A program made the position numbers and the translations under genes. A stretch of 55,474 nt of DNA from a virus. Taxonomy: Duplodnaviria > Caudoviricetes. Numbering within the stretch: position 1 is the first letter of the stretch; each line of letters begins with the position of its first letter. This document shows positions 1 through 8,480 of the stretch, piece by piece. Location of the stretch: positions 1 through 55,474 of IMG/VR virus record IMGVR_UViG_3300037231_000117. One strand, given 5' to 3'. The notes beneath the pieces are model-generated. The model was not told where the DNA came from and ran no database searches. It saw only the letters and a list, made by a program, of their open reading frames with translations.

Positions 1-127
1 GTTCGGCGGCGGCGCGTTCGGCGGCGGCGCGTTCGGCGACTCCTTCTGTGCATTCAGCGCGGCGCGGGCCGCCGTGGCTTTGTCCGTCGCGTCCTGCGCC
101 AAGGCTTCTTGCGCGACAACCTCGGCC
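1..127. repeat. Terminal direct repeat, copy 1 (identical to 55348-55474); circularisation overlap
   Basis: Exact 127-bp match to the last 127 bp; an ORF continues in frame across the join. Confidence 0.95.
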
Positions 128-288
128 TCGGTGATGTCGGGGGCGACGATCGGCGTGGCGTGCGGCGCGTCGCCCTTTGCGTCGAGGCCGAGCTGGGCCA
201 GCAGATCGATCGCGACGGCTTCGTCGGCCCACCGGCGCGCCTCGCGGTGCGTAGTGAGGACGGCGATGATGCATTGCAGGTTCGTCAT
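1..288 (-). CDS. 5' part of a ~160-aa hypothetical protein spanning the circular join (continues at 55347-55153), with PNAPP repeats
   Basis: ATG at 288 after AAGGA; reads MTNLQCIIAVLTTHREARRW...AQKESPNAPPP and joins the 55153 ORF. Confidence 0.75.
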   Translation of the reverse strand, partial: MTNLQCIIAVLTTHREARRWADEAVAIDLLAQLGLDAKGDAPHATPIVAPDITEAEVVAQEALAQDATDKATAARAALNAQKESPNAPPPNAPPPN

Positions 289-317
289 GGTTTTGGTTCC
301 TTGTGTTTCGGCGGCAG

Positions 318-683
318 TCAGCCGCGCAGCGCGAGGCGTGCGAGTTTGACCTGGTCGGTCAGCGCCGCGATTTCCACGCCCCGCTTGTCGAGGATGCTGG
401 CCATTTCGTTGCGATTGGCTTCCATGTAGAACAGAATCCGTTGGTGTCCGGCCAGTTCCTCGACAACGGACTTGATCAGCCGGTGCTCGTCGGTGTGGCT
501 TGCGAACCGTTCGCCATGCATCATCACGGCCTTAACCAGATCGTCGTGCTTGCTGGTTATGCTGCCAGTCTTGCATTGAGCGGAGTCGCTGCCAGTCTGG
601 CCTTGAGCAGAGACAACGGTATTAGCCTGACGCCCCGCATCACCTTCGTTACGATCGGTAGTGGTCCTGTGTCCTTGATCCAT
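318..683 (-). CDS. Hypothetical protein with a coiled-coil-like C-terminus
   Basis: ORF in late-operon orientation, AAGGA upstream of ATG 683. Confidence 0.55.
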   Translation of the reverse strand: MDQGHRTTTDRNEGDAGRQANTVVSAQGQTGSDSAQCKTGSITSKHDDLVKAVMMHGERFASHTDEHRLIKSVVEELAGHQRILFYMEANRNEMASILDKRGVEIAALTDQVKLARLALRG

Positions 684-737
684 CGGAAGTTTCCTTTGTG
701 CGAAGGGCGTGCGTGACACACGCACCTTGATTGTTCC

Positions 738-1298
738 TCAGCCGACCAGTTGAACGTGCTCGCGCATGTCCTCCGGAAGCAGCCCGAACCTGGCAGCGCC
801 CTCAGTGCGGGGCGGGGCGGCTTCACCAACATATTCCACAATGACTCGAAGTGGTGTGCCGGCCGGTTTGCCGTCGTCAACGATGATCCGTTCGGTCCAC
901 CCCATGCGGGCCTGCGAGAACCACTTTGCGGCGCGAAAGTCGGCCGGCACCGCAGGTTGCGCGGGAACTTTGTCCGTTCCGCGGCGCGCCGGCCTGCCGA
1001 CCGCCATTGTCACCAGCGACGCCACGACTTGGGCCTGGATTTCGGCCATGCCGGTGTCGATCTCGCGGCGGAAATGCTTGCGCAGCGTCGGCCGGCTGAT
1101 GCCGAGCACGCCGGCGATGTCCTTTTGCTTGATGTCGCCGGCGACCATGACTTTGACCATCAGCCGGTCTTTGTCAGTGACGACAAACTCCGGCCGGTGC
1201 TGTGGGGCCGGCTTCGCTTTCGCCGCCTTCCGCGCCGGCGGTTTCGGTGTAGGCGGTTTCGGCCGGACTCGGGGTTTCGGCGACGGTTTACGGGTCAC
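738..1298 (-). CDS. Putative terminase small subunit (HTH)
   Basis: Basic Pro/Lys N-terminus, HTH IKQKDIAGVLGISRPTLRKHF, AAKWFSQARMGW motif; upstream of TerL on the circle. Confidence 0.65.
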   Translation of the reverse strand: MTRKPSPKPRVRPKPPTPKPPARKAAKAKPAPQHRPEFVVTDKDRLMVKVMVAGDIKQKDIAGVLGISRPTLRKHFRREIDTGMAEIQAQVVASLVTMAVGRPARRGTDKVPAQPAVPADFRAAKWFSQARMGWTERIIVDDGKPAGTPLRVIVEYVGEAAPPRTEGAARFGLLPEDMREHVQLVG

Positions 1299-1320
1299 TT
1301 TCGGGTCACTTTCGAGTCAT
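1291..1320 (-). repeat. 11-bp tandem repeat x3 forming two MTRK* mini-ORFs before the TerS-like start
   Basis: Plus strand cgggtcacttt cgggtcacttt cgagtcat. Confidence 0.85.
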
Positions 1321-1436
1321 TACCGGTTGATCAGCCCGTGACCAGACGCGCCGAGTTCCGCGTTCGCGCTGCGCCGGCTCTGCGCTTTGCCGACCTTGGC
1401 GAGTTTCTTGCGCTCGACCTTGCGTGGAGGCGCCAT
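1320..1436 (-). CDS. Small basic protein (38 aa) ending in GLINR
   Basis: AGGTGG RBS; MAPPRKVERKKLAKVGK...GLINR. Confidence 0.55.
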   Translation of the reverse strand: MAPPRKVERKKLAKVGKAQSRRSANAELGASGHGLINR

Positions 1437-1486
1437 CGTTCCACCTGCGCACTTTCCGATACGCGGCGGTGGCGCGGTTGCCACGC

Positions 1487-1807
1487 CTACGCGGCTCCGA
1501 CTTTGAGAGCCGCGCGGTATGTCGCGCGGAACCAGTATGCCTTGTCGGCGCGCGGCCAGAGTTCCAGACCACCAACCAGGCGCGCGAAGTATGTCGGGCG
1601 AGCGGACGACGGTTGATCCTCGGCTGCCGTCAGCTTTGCGTGGTGACCTGGCGTCAACGCCGCGAGCAATGTGCATGGCGCCGTCGGGTTGGCGACGGGA
1701 TCCACGTCGTAGATCGCCGCGCTCGCGAGGGTCGTCATATTGCCGAGTGACACGCGATAGTCGAGGCGTGCCAGTTCGACCACGACGGGCACGGCTGCGT
1801 CGGGCAT
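1487..1807 (-). CDS. Hypothetical protein
   Basis: ORF tightly packed after the 1811 ORF, normal composition. Confidence 0.55.
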   Translation of the reverse strand: MPDAAVPVVVELARLDYRVSLGNMTTLASAAIYDVDPVANPTAPCTLLAALTPGHHAKLTAAEDQPSSARPTYFARLVGGLELWPRADKAYWFRATYRAALKVGAA

Positions 1808-1810
1808 CGA

Positions 1811-2317
1811 TCAGTACTTTTGCTTCATCGCGCCCGTCGCCGGCGTCGGCGACTGCGAGCCCGCGAACCCGGCGGCGAGCTGGTCGTCCGCGTTCCCCGG
1901 TGCGCCCTCGCTCGACTTGTCCGAGTTCAGGATGTCCATCGCGATCTTCAGCGCGGCGCCGATCGAGTCGGCCGGCTGACCTTCGGGTGCGGCCATGCCG
2001 CCGCCCATTCCGCCGGCCGCGCCGCCAGCGGCTGCGTCACCCGCTGCGCCCATGGTGTCGGCATCATCGGCCGACATATCGGCGCCACCGCCGCCGCTGC
2101 CATCGTCGGGTTCGTCGCCGGCGTAGACCATATACGAGCCGTCGCCGCTCTTGCAGATCGTGACGACGACGTCGCCACCGGTGTCGGTGTCGGTGTCACC
2201 GGTACCGGGATCGGCGCCCGCGGCGCCCGCGCCACCGGCCGCCAGTGGATCAGCGCCCATGCCGCCGGTCGCGCCGGCGGCCGGTGAAGCAGCCAAAGCC
2301 GCAGGTGCTCGTGCCAT
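1811..2317 (-). CDS. Acidic Gly/Ala-rich protein, possibly virion-associated
   Basis: GGAGA RBS; high GC3; DDQLAAGF motif resembling the scaffold termini. Confidence 0.7.
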   Translation of the reverse strand: MARAPAALAASPAAGATGGMGADPLAAGGAGAAGADPGTGDTDTDTGGDVVVTICKSGDGSYMVYAGDEPDDGSGGGGADMSADDADTMGAAGDAAAGGAAGGMGGGMAAPEGQPADSIGAALKIAMDILNSDKSSEGAPGNADDQLAAGFAGSQSPTPATGAMKQKY

Positions 2318-2425
2318 GTGGATTCTCCGATTAAGGTACGCAGATGAAAGAACGAGTCACCGACCTCGAAATGCTCGATCCGATTATGCGGGGAATTATA
2401 TATTTGGCTCCCCCACGATTTTCCG

Positions 2426-2460
2426 TTGACTTCTGACCCGACATTCCGCATATTGCGGAT
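2426..2460 (+). promoter_or_regulatory. Sigma70-like promoter overlapped by a 17-bp operator-like palindrome
   Basis: TTGACT(2426)-N17-CATATT; ttccgcat-a-ttgcggat at 2444-2460. Confidence 0.55.
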
Positions 2461-2499
2461 ACCGAGGGAATGGACCCCGGCGAAACGAGGAACACGAAA

Positions 2500-2868
2500 A
2501 TGGCCCGCTACATCCTGATCGACAACTGCTCCGGCTACATCTGGGGCGACAGCGCGGACCTCGATGGCAAGGTCTGGCACGGCGATTACACCAATGCCGA
2601 TGGCGAACTGATTAACGACGACAGCCCAATTGGTTTTGCCCACGCGCTCGATAAGAGCGTGGGACAGCACTTCATCAGCACATACGAGGAGGTGTCTCGT
2701 CGTGCATTGGCTAGCGACGAATGTGGATATCACGTCTATCGGGCCGATATTAATGGCTCCGACGCAGTGGCGACGGTGCAGGACGGGCAGGATCGGGAAA
2801 TGATAGAGGCGGTCGAGCGCGAATGCGAATATGTCACCACGATCCGCTGCATCGACGCCGAGGGCTAA
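2500..2868 (+). CDS. Hypothetical acidic protein (antisense cassette)
   Basis: GAGGA RBS, ATG 2500, globular composition. Confidence 0.75.
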   Translation: MARYILIDNCSGYIWGDSADLDGKVWHGDYTNADGELINDDSPIGFAHALDKSVGQHFISTYEEVSRRALASDECGYHVYRADINGSDAVATVQDGQDREMIEAVERECEYVTTIRCIDAEG

Positions 2869-2871
2869 CCC

Positions 2872-3255
2872 GTGAGCAGCTCCATACCGGCCGCTAGCGC
2901 ACTATTGGATGCACTGGCGGCGCTGAAAGTAGCTGAAAGCGCTGTCAACCAAGCGCTCGCCTTGATTGGGACGGACGAACCGTTGCCGACAGACCGTCAT
3001 CGTATCGGCGAGCGGACGACAGGCACTCAAGTGCGCGCCGTTCTTGCGTCCGCGTCTGCGCCGCTTACGTTGGTCGATATCGCTGACGGAGTGATGGCGA
3101 TCCGGCGCGGTGAGGATACGCCGAAAGGACGTGGCGGCACGCGCTACCAGGAGATGTGCCGGTCTTCGATCGCCAGGCTGATTGATCACGGATTGGTCAG
3201 ACGCATACCGCCGCCTGACGGCAAGGGCTTCATGCGCTTTGCCCTGAAACTTTGA
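2872..3255 (+). CDS. Putative winged-HTH protein
   Basis: PLTLVDIADGV...CRSSIARLIDHGLVRR...F pattern typical of wHTH. Confidence 0.6.
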   Translation: MSSSIPAASALLDALAALKVAESAVNQALALIGTDEPLPTDRHRIGERTTGTQVRAVLASASAPLTLVDIADGVMAIRRGEDTPKGRGGTRYQEMCRSSIARLIDHGLVRRIPPPDGKGFMRFALKL

Positions 3256-3257
3256 TC

Positions 3258-3458
3258 ATGACACCCACTTGCCGCCGTGAATGCCTTGCCACGCTAGGCT
3301 GGCCACAACGTGAGCTCGCCCGGCGACTTGGATGGGATGAGGGGACCGTCCGACGCTGGATGCGGGATGGAGGTGAAGCCCCTCCCGACATAGATGCGTG
3401 GTTGGAGCGGCGGGCGGTTGCCATGGCAGACGATCCGCCGCCGTCTCGACGTGGTTAA
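3258..3458 (+). CDS. Xre/Cro-like HTH protein
   Basis: LGWPQRELARRLGWDEGTVRRW. Confidence 0.8.
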   Translation: MTPTCRRECLATLGWPQRELARRLGWDEGTVRRWMRDGGEAPPDIDAWLERRAVAMADDPPPSRRG

Positions 3459-3515
3459 GCACTCCCTGGCAAGATGGTCCAGCGGCCAGCCACCGCTGGC
3501 GAAGGGTTGGCGGAT

Positions 3516-4022
3516 TCAAGGCATCGGCTTCTTGTGCATCATGAACGAACCCGAGGTCGAAGTACTTGAGATGAACCCGTGATCGGTGGTCACCCCCACC
3601 AGGCTCGCCGTCAGGATATGTGCGCCGTTGAACGTACGCGTGTGCTTCTTCACCAGCCGCCGGAGCGTCGCGAGTTTAACCCCGGCCCGTTCCAGGTCGA
3701 TTACGAGCGCCGCGACGTCCACCCGCGTCGCCTGTTCGACGACCTTCACGTCGATCCGAACCTGGGCGCCGCTGTAGACCGTCTCCGCCGTGCCGATCGG
3801 CATGGGATCGTCGGCGTAATTGGGGATCACGGCAGCGGCGACCGCCTGCTTCTTCGCCTTGTCCCGCCGCTTTTCGGCCAGGCCGAGCAGCGCCGACGCT
3901 GCCCAGTACTCCCACGCGGCCTTGTCCTGGACATCCCGAATGCGGACGCCGGTGCCGATCGTGGCGAATTCGCCGGCGACTGCGGCGGTTCGATCCAATG
4001 GGGCGGCAGCGGCGCGTGGCAT
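3516..4022 (-). CDS. Hypothetical phage protein
   Basis: 168-aa ORF with native codon bias. Confidence 0.65.
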   Translation of the reverse strand: MPRAAAAPLDRTAAVAGEFATIGTGVRIRDVQDKAAWEYWAASALLGLAEKRRDKAKKQAVAAAVIPNYADDPMPIGTAETVYSGAQVRIDVKVVEQATRVDVAALVIDLERAGVKLATLRRLVKKHTRTFNGAHILTASLVGVTTDHGFISSTSTSGSFMMHKKPMP

Positions 4023-4058
4023 GTCTCTTTATCCTGGCTCGAATGAGCGTGATGCACT

Positions 4059-4211
4059 GTGCATTTTGGTGTTGCGGTTGGTGTGAACCGCACCACCGTC
4101 CGCTATTGGGGCTGTCCGCGGTCGGGTCGAAACGTCCAGCCATTTCCGGCCTGGGTGTCGCTGCTACTGGACGCGTGGGAACGCAATCCGGACCTGATAC
4201 CGCCGGCTTAA
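4059..4211 (+). pseudogene. Short or truncated Xre-like HTH ORF (50 aa), not in the supplied ORF track
   Basis: GTG4059: (M)HFGVAVGVNRTTVRYWG...PFPAWVSLLLDAWERNPDLIPPA*; in-frame stop at 4050 removes the first helices. Confidence 0.45.
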
Positions 4212-4882
4212 GGCGCGAAACTATGGTGACACTCTGGACATTCCACCGTCTTCGTGGTCGTCCGCACCGGCGGCGTCGCCGGGGGCACCGGGTCATGATC
4301 CTGGAACAGCCCGGCCAGTTCACCCGCGTCGAAGCCGGTCAGACTGAGATCAAATCCCCCATCGCGCAAATCGCCCAACTCAAGCGCGAGCAGCTCCTCA
4401 TCCCACTCGCCCTCGATCGTCGATTTGTTGTCCCAGATGATGTAGGCGCGCCGCTGCGCCGGCTTCAGGTGGCCGATGTCGATCACCGGGCAAAAGATCA
4501 TCTTCAACTTGATCGCGGCCAGCCGCCGCCGGTGCCCGGCCAGGATGTTGTTCCGCTTGCCGGCGACCAGGATCGGGTTGGTCCAGCCGTTGGTCTCGAT
4601 CTGCACGGCCAGCGCGTCAACCGACTCGCGGGAGTGGAGGCGCGCGTTCCGTTCGTTCGGGATCAGCGAGTCGATGCGAGCGATACGATACTTCGGGAAC
4701 GCCGGCACGGCAGGGTCGCGCACGCGCGCACGCTCGCGAGAGGAAAATATCGCCGGATCGGCCGCGCCCCCCCCCGCGGCCGCAGCCGCCGCCGCCCCTA
4801 CGGACGTAGCGACGTTTGTCGTGACCTTGGGCTTGTTGCCACTTCCGGGCTTTCGCCCTCCGCTCTTGAAACCAGTTGCCAT
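4208..4882 (-). CDS. ParB/Srx-like N-terminal-domain protein
   Basis: IDSLIPNERNARLHS..GWTNPILV..ILAGHRRRLAA..AYIIWDNK; C-terminal CPECHHSF; N-terminal GGRKPGSGNK basic motif. Confidence 0.85.
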   Translation of the reverse strand: MATGFKSGGRKPGSGNKPKVTTNVATSVGAAAAAAAGGGAADPAIFSSRERARVRDPAVPAFPKYRIARIDSLIPNERNARLHSRESVDALAVQIETNGWTNPILVAGKRNNILAGHRRRLAAIKLKMIFCPVIDIGHLKPAQRRAYIIWDNKSTIEGEWDEELLALELGDLRDGGFDLSLTGFDAGELAGLFQDHDPVPPATPPVRTTTKTVECPECHHSFAP

Positions 4883-4903
4883 TTCGATTGGCCCATTTCC
4901 GAA

Positions 4904-5794
4904 TTACGCAGTCAGATACCGCGCGCTACTGTCACCAGGCCGCGCGTGGGAATAGCGAGTCGTCGTTGTCAAACTGGCATGGCCGAGCGTCGTTTGAACG
5001 ACATGAACGGGCGCGCCGCGATCGAGCGCGTGCGAGGCGTGCGAATGGCGCAGCCAATGCGGGGATATCGATTCCGGCAGCTTTGCGCGCTTCGCGGCCG
5101 CCTTGACGATGCGATGCACCTGCATCGGCCCCAATCCGCCGGCTTTTTTTCGCGAGAGAAAAACCGGGCCGTCCGGCTGGAAAACGACAGGGCGCAGGGC
5201 GATGATGTGACGCCAAAGCGCAGACGGCAGCAGGATGACTCGCGTTTTGCCACCCTTGCCGAAAATCGTGATTTGCCCCGCGTCGTCGCGCGCAACCAGA
5301 TCGCGCCACCGCAGGCCACACGCCTCGGAAATCCGCAGGCCCGCGCCGTACAGCAGCCGGAGGATCACGGCGTTCCGCGGGTGACGTTCCAGCCGCAGCA
5401 TATGCTGTACGTCCGCTTCGGTCAGAATCCGCTCGGCCAGCACATCCTTAATGTGTGGGGTGTCGACCACGCCGCCGACATCAAACGGGATGTAGCCGAG
5501 CCGGTGCGCCAGGTGGAGCAACGACTTCATGGATGACAGCCGGCGAGCGATCGTCGCCGGCGCCAGGTGGACAAGCGTCGCGGCGAAATCCTGCATGTCG
5601 CGAACGGTGATGGCGGCCAACAGCTTGGTGCAGGTGTTCCGGAATAGACGGACATCGCGACCGTAGCCGAGCTGGGTACCACCCGATCGGTAGCGGCCGA
5701 GCCACAGCGCGATCATGTCCTCGTCGCTGGACGCCTGCTGGACCATGGCGGCGGCGGGGATGATCGCGATCTCGGAGCCGGTGATGACGGTCAT
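4904..5794 (-). CDS. Tyrosine recombinase (XerC/D-like integrase/resolvase)
   Basis: Full catalytic set: GLRISE, GKGGK, HWLRH, LGH, TTRY. Confidence 0.95.
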   Translation of the reverse strand: MTVITGSEIAIIPAAAMVQQASSDEDMIALWLGRYRSGGTQLGYGRDVRLFRNTCTKLLAAITVRDMQDFAATLVHLAPATIARRLSSMKSLLHLAHRLGYIPFDVGGVVDTPHIKDVLAERILTEADVQHMLRLERHPRNAVILRLLYGAGLRISEACGLRWRDLVARDDAGQITIFGKGGKTRVILLPSALWRHIIALRPVVFQPDGPVFLSRKKAGGLGPMQVHRIVKAAAKRAKLPESISPHWLRHSHASHALDRGAPVHVVQTTLGHASLTTTTRYSHARPGDSSARYLTA

Positions 5795-5810
5795 GATTCC
5801 CCGAAACTGA

Positions 5811-5838
5811 ATGTCAGAAAATGGGACTTATCGAACGT
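5811..5838. promoter_or_regulatory. Candidate dif-like recombination site (11-6-11)
   Basis: atgtcagaaaa-tgggac-ttatcgaacgt; arms match 7/11 as an inverted repeat; 16 bp upstream of the recombinase ATG. Confidence 0.55.
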
Positions 5839-5861
5839 TCAAATAGCAGGTTTTCCGCCGA

Positions 5862-6605
5862 TCAGACAGCCTCGACCGCATCCTGATCGACGATGATGGG
5901 GCAGGGCCGGCCGAAGATAGACAACAGCACCCGTACCCGCTGGCCGTCGGACCAGTCACACGGCCCCTCGAACGAGGTCATCGGGCCGTCCATCATCCGA
6001 AGCAGCTTGCCAACCATCGAGTTCGGCGCATCGCCGGCCTCGTGAAAGCAGCCGTTGGCGTCGCACATGCCGCGGATTAGCTCGATGGCGCGCTCCGGCA
6101 TGGCGGTCGGAGCGTCAGGTGCCAGGCCAAGAATAGTGTCGATGCTCGGCATGTCCCGGATCTGCTGCCAGAAGTCGCTGATGCGAAACCGCGCAAAGAT
6201 ATAGGTCCGAAACAACGGCCCGACACCGGCCTCCTTGGCCGGAATGCGGGCGCCCTCGGCGTTGCGCCGGGCGCGTGTGGCCGCTTCCCATATCGTCGGC
6301 GCGAACACCTCAAAGCCGGCGGCACTGATCGCATCCGCCGCGTCCGACTCACTGGCGTACCGGGTGTGCGCGCAATACCACCGGCCGGCTTCGGGTGGGG
6401 GTAGAAAGACAATACGCTTTGGTCCGGAGTTTGGGCGCGCGCCGCCGCTGTTCGGACGCGGTCCCCCGCTGTTCGGACGCGCGCCGCCAGAATTCGGACG
6501 CGCACCACCGTGCTTCATCTTGCTGCTGCTGAACAATGTGGGTTTCCGGGATTGCTGCCGCACGGCGCGCTGATTCCAGATAGATGGAAATCGGCACCGC
6601 GGCAT
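5862..6605 (-). CDS. NusG/RfaH-family transcription antiterminator (alternative start 6518)
   Basis: NGN motifs WYCAHT, GFEVFAP, PLFRTYIFARF; KOW GKLLRMMDGPMTSFEG..RVRVLLSIFGR. Confidence 0.9.
   Translation of the reverse strand: MPRCRFPSIWNQRAVRQQSRKPTLFSSSKMKHGGARPNSGGARPNSGGPRPNSGGARPNSGPKRIVFLPPPEAGRWYCAHTRYASESDAADAISAAGFEVFAPTIWEAATRARRNAEGARIPAKEAGVGPLFRTYIFARFRISDFWQQIRDMPSIDTILGLAPDAPTAMPERAIELIRGMCDANGCFHEAGDAPNSMVGKLLRMMDGPMTSFEGPCDWSDGQRVRVLLSIFGRPCPIIVDQDAVEAV
6426..6509 (-). repeat. 21-bp tandem repeat x4 encoding GG(A/P)RPNS
   Basis: Visible at both DNA and protein level in the NusG N-terminus. Confidence 0.9.
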
Positions 6606-6929
6606 GACCTCTAATCACAAACATGTGTGCTTATCTATTTCCCTTGTCAATGAATCTCGCATTCCCAATCGAGTGTGATCGGCAGTTTGCACCTGAAAAT
6701 AGCAGACCAGATCAGGGAAAACAGCCACGGCGCGACACGCGCACGCACGACGTTTCACAAACTTTTCGGCGTTGATCGCGTCTAAATTTAATCGAGTTAT
6801 TCTTCTAATTTTTCCGGACAATCTGGCGGATGAGTGCGTCACTGTTTCTGTAAAATTGACGCGCAATTCACGCGCGGAATTACCGACGCGTTCCGTTGTC
6901 AGCGACGGTGCGGGGTGACAAAAACGCGC

Positions 6930-7352
6930 ATGAATCACGTTGAGCAGTTGGACGATCCGCACGACGATCCATTCGCCGATCGGCCGCCAGATACTGAATT
7001 CACCAACGAGGGTGCATGGATAGAAGCTGGCACGATGCGGCGAACGCAGCCGCGCGTGTTCGCCGCTCCGCCGGCGGATGCGAACCTGGCAACTGAATCG
7101 CGCTTCTTCGTCGATTGGGTGGATCAGCACCGCGAGTCCAGGTATCCGGCCGACCCGTCATTCGGACATGGCAGCGCAATCGACGTGGCGCTGGATGCGT
7201 TGCACGCGTGCCGGGTCGAACTGCCTTACCCGGCGGAACGGTGCGGCCTCTACGTGGTCACCTGCCGGGCGTGCGGTTACGCGATCTCGGTCTCGACGGC
7301 TGGGCGAGCGGATGATCCTCGGAGTGTGCGGATACCGTGCAAGCCGCACTGA
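6930..7352 (+). CDS. Hypothetical Cys-containing protein divergent from nusG
   Basis: C..C-CxxC..C pattern; start uncertain. Confidence 0.6.
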   Translation: MNHVEQLDDPHDDPFADRPPDTEFTNEGAWIEAGTMRRTQPRVFAAPPADANLATESRFFVDWVDQHRESRYPADPSFGHGSAIDVALDALHACRVELPYPAERCGLYVVTCRACGYAISVSTAGRADDPRSVRIPCKPH

Positions 7353-7355
7353 CGC

Positions 7356-7556
7356 TTAAAACAGGTCGGAGATCTCGGGGGCGAGTGCGATCTGAGCTTC
7401 GATCATGCGGAGCACCGTGGCCTGTTCATCATTCGTTAACGGGCCATTGGTTTCCGACCAGGTGGCCAGCCGTTCGATACGGTCGGTCAGTTCGTCGAGG
7501 TCGTCACTGAGCATCCAGCGGGACGCGATTTCCTGGAAGCCTGGGCGCAGGTTCAT
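7356..7556 (-). CDS. Hypothetical protein (66 aa)
   Basis: ATGA overlap with the upstream gene, GGAGA RBS. Confidence 0.6.
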   Translation of the reverse strand: MNLRPGFQEIASRWMLSDDLDELTDRIERLATWSETNGPLTNDEQATVLRMIEAQIALAPEISDLF

Positions 7557-7870
7557 GTCGGCGCGTTCTCGCCGGCGCCGAAAAGCCGTGCCAGCTCGCG
7601 CACCTGAGCGCCGAACGCCGGATCGTCCTCCATGGCGCGCTCGATGTGCCTCACGGCATACATGACCGTGGAATGATCCCGATCGCCGAACGCTCGTCCA
7701 ATCGCCGGGTAGCTCAACGGAGTATAGTTCCTCGCCAGCCACATCCCGGTGTGCCTGGCCAGCACAACCCGCGCCTGGCGTCGGTCTGAGCGGACATCGA
7801 GCGCGGTGACTCCGCACACCGAGGCGACGGTGTGAATGATGACTGCCACGCTGGGATGGTCGTGGCTCAT
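7553..7870 (-). CDS. Stand-alone DnaA C-terminal (domain IV) HTH protein
   Basis: VVLARHTGMWLARNYTPLSYPAIGRAFGDRDHSTVMYAVRHI, the DnaA signature. Confidence 0.92.
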   Translation of the reverse strand: MSHDHPSVAVIIHTVASVCGVTALDVRSDRRQARVVLARHTGMWLARNYTPLSYPAIGRAFGDRDHSTVMYAVRHIERAMEDDPAFGAQVRELARLFGAGENAPT

Positions 7871-8082
7871 GCGCCGGCCAGTGCGCAATCGAGGCAGCAA
7901 TACACCGCCGGGCCTTTGTAGAGCTCTCCGCAGTGATCGCATGGGCGCTCGGGAAAACCGGCGTCGCAATAGGCCCTGCGAGCGGCTTCGACCGACGCCA
8001 GAATCACCGGCGATTCCAGCGCTCGACCATCGACCGTGTCGGCGCGGGCAGAATCAGGTGCGGAAAGGGGGCTGTCGCTCAT
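7867..8082 (-). CDS. Small Zn-finger protein
   Basis: CDHCG...YCCLDC; ATGA-coupled on both sides. Confidence 0.6.
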   Translation of the reverse strand: MSDSPLSAPDSARADTVDGRALESPVILASVEAARRAYCDAGFPERPCDHCGELYKGPAVYCCLDCALAGA

Positions 8083-8480
8083 GCGGTTGCCAACTGGAGA
8101 ACGTTGATCGCCTTCTGGCCGGGACAGATATCCTCGATCCACACCTTCGACGACTTTGCGATCGGCTGCATACCGAACGCCTCCAGGATCATGTCCACCG
8201 CCGCCGGGTGGGGCAGCTTGCCGGGCCTATCGACGCTGATGCTGATGTGCCGGCAAATACCCGGCGGCGGCGCGTTGGGCTGCACTTCGATGCTGTAGGT
8301 CGCGACATAGCCAATTGGTATGTCCACGCTCTGCATGTTCATCGCATCGCGAAAAGCCTCTATGTCCGCGGCGGCGACGGCGAGCAGGTCGGCCGCGGTC
8401 ATCGGCTCTCTGGCTTCGACCACAGCTCGGAGTTCCGCGATCAGCGCCCGTTCATCCTCGCCAATGATTAGCACTGTCAT
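8079..8480 (-). CDS. Hypothetical phage protein
   Basis: Translationally coupled, native codon bias. Confidence 0.7.
   Translation of the reverse strand: MTVLIIGEDERALIAELRAVVEAREPMTAADLLAVAAADIEAFRDAMNMQSVDIPIGYVATYSIEVQPNAPPPGICRHISISVDRPGKLPHPAAVDMILEAFGMQPIAKSSKVWIEDICPGQKAINVLQLATA

Noticed and set aside
1-127. 127-bp terminal repeat as a biological DTR
   Set aside because: The length equals a common assembler k-mer, it starts inside a tandem repeat in mid-gene, and the PBSX-type TerL suggests headful packaging.
3998-5536. 512-aa plus-strand ORF (and similar ORFs 33288-35261, 29022-30221, 49205-50425)
   Set aside because: Antisense shadows of high-GC3 genes; Arg-rich with no recognisable motifs.
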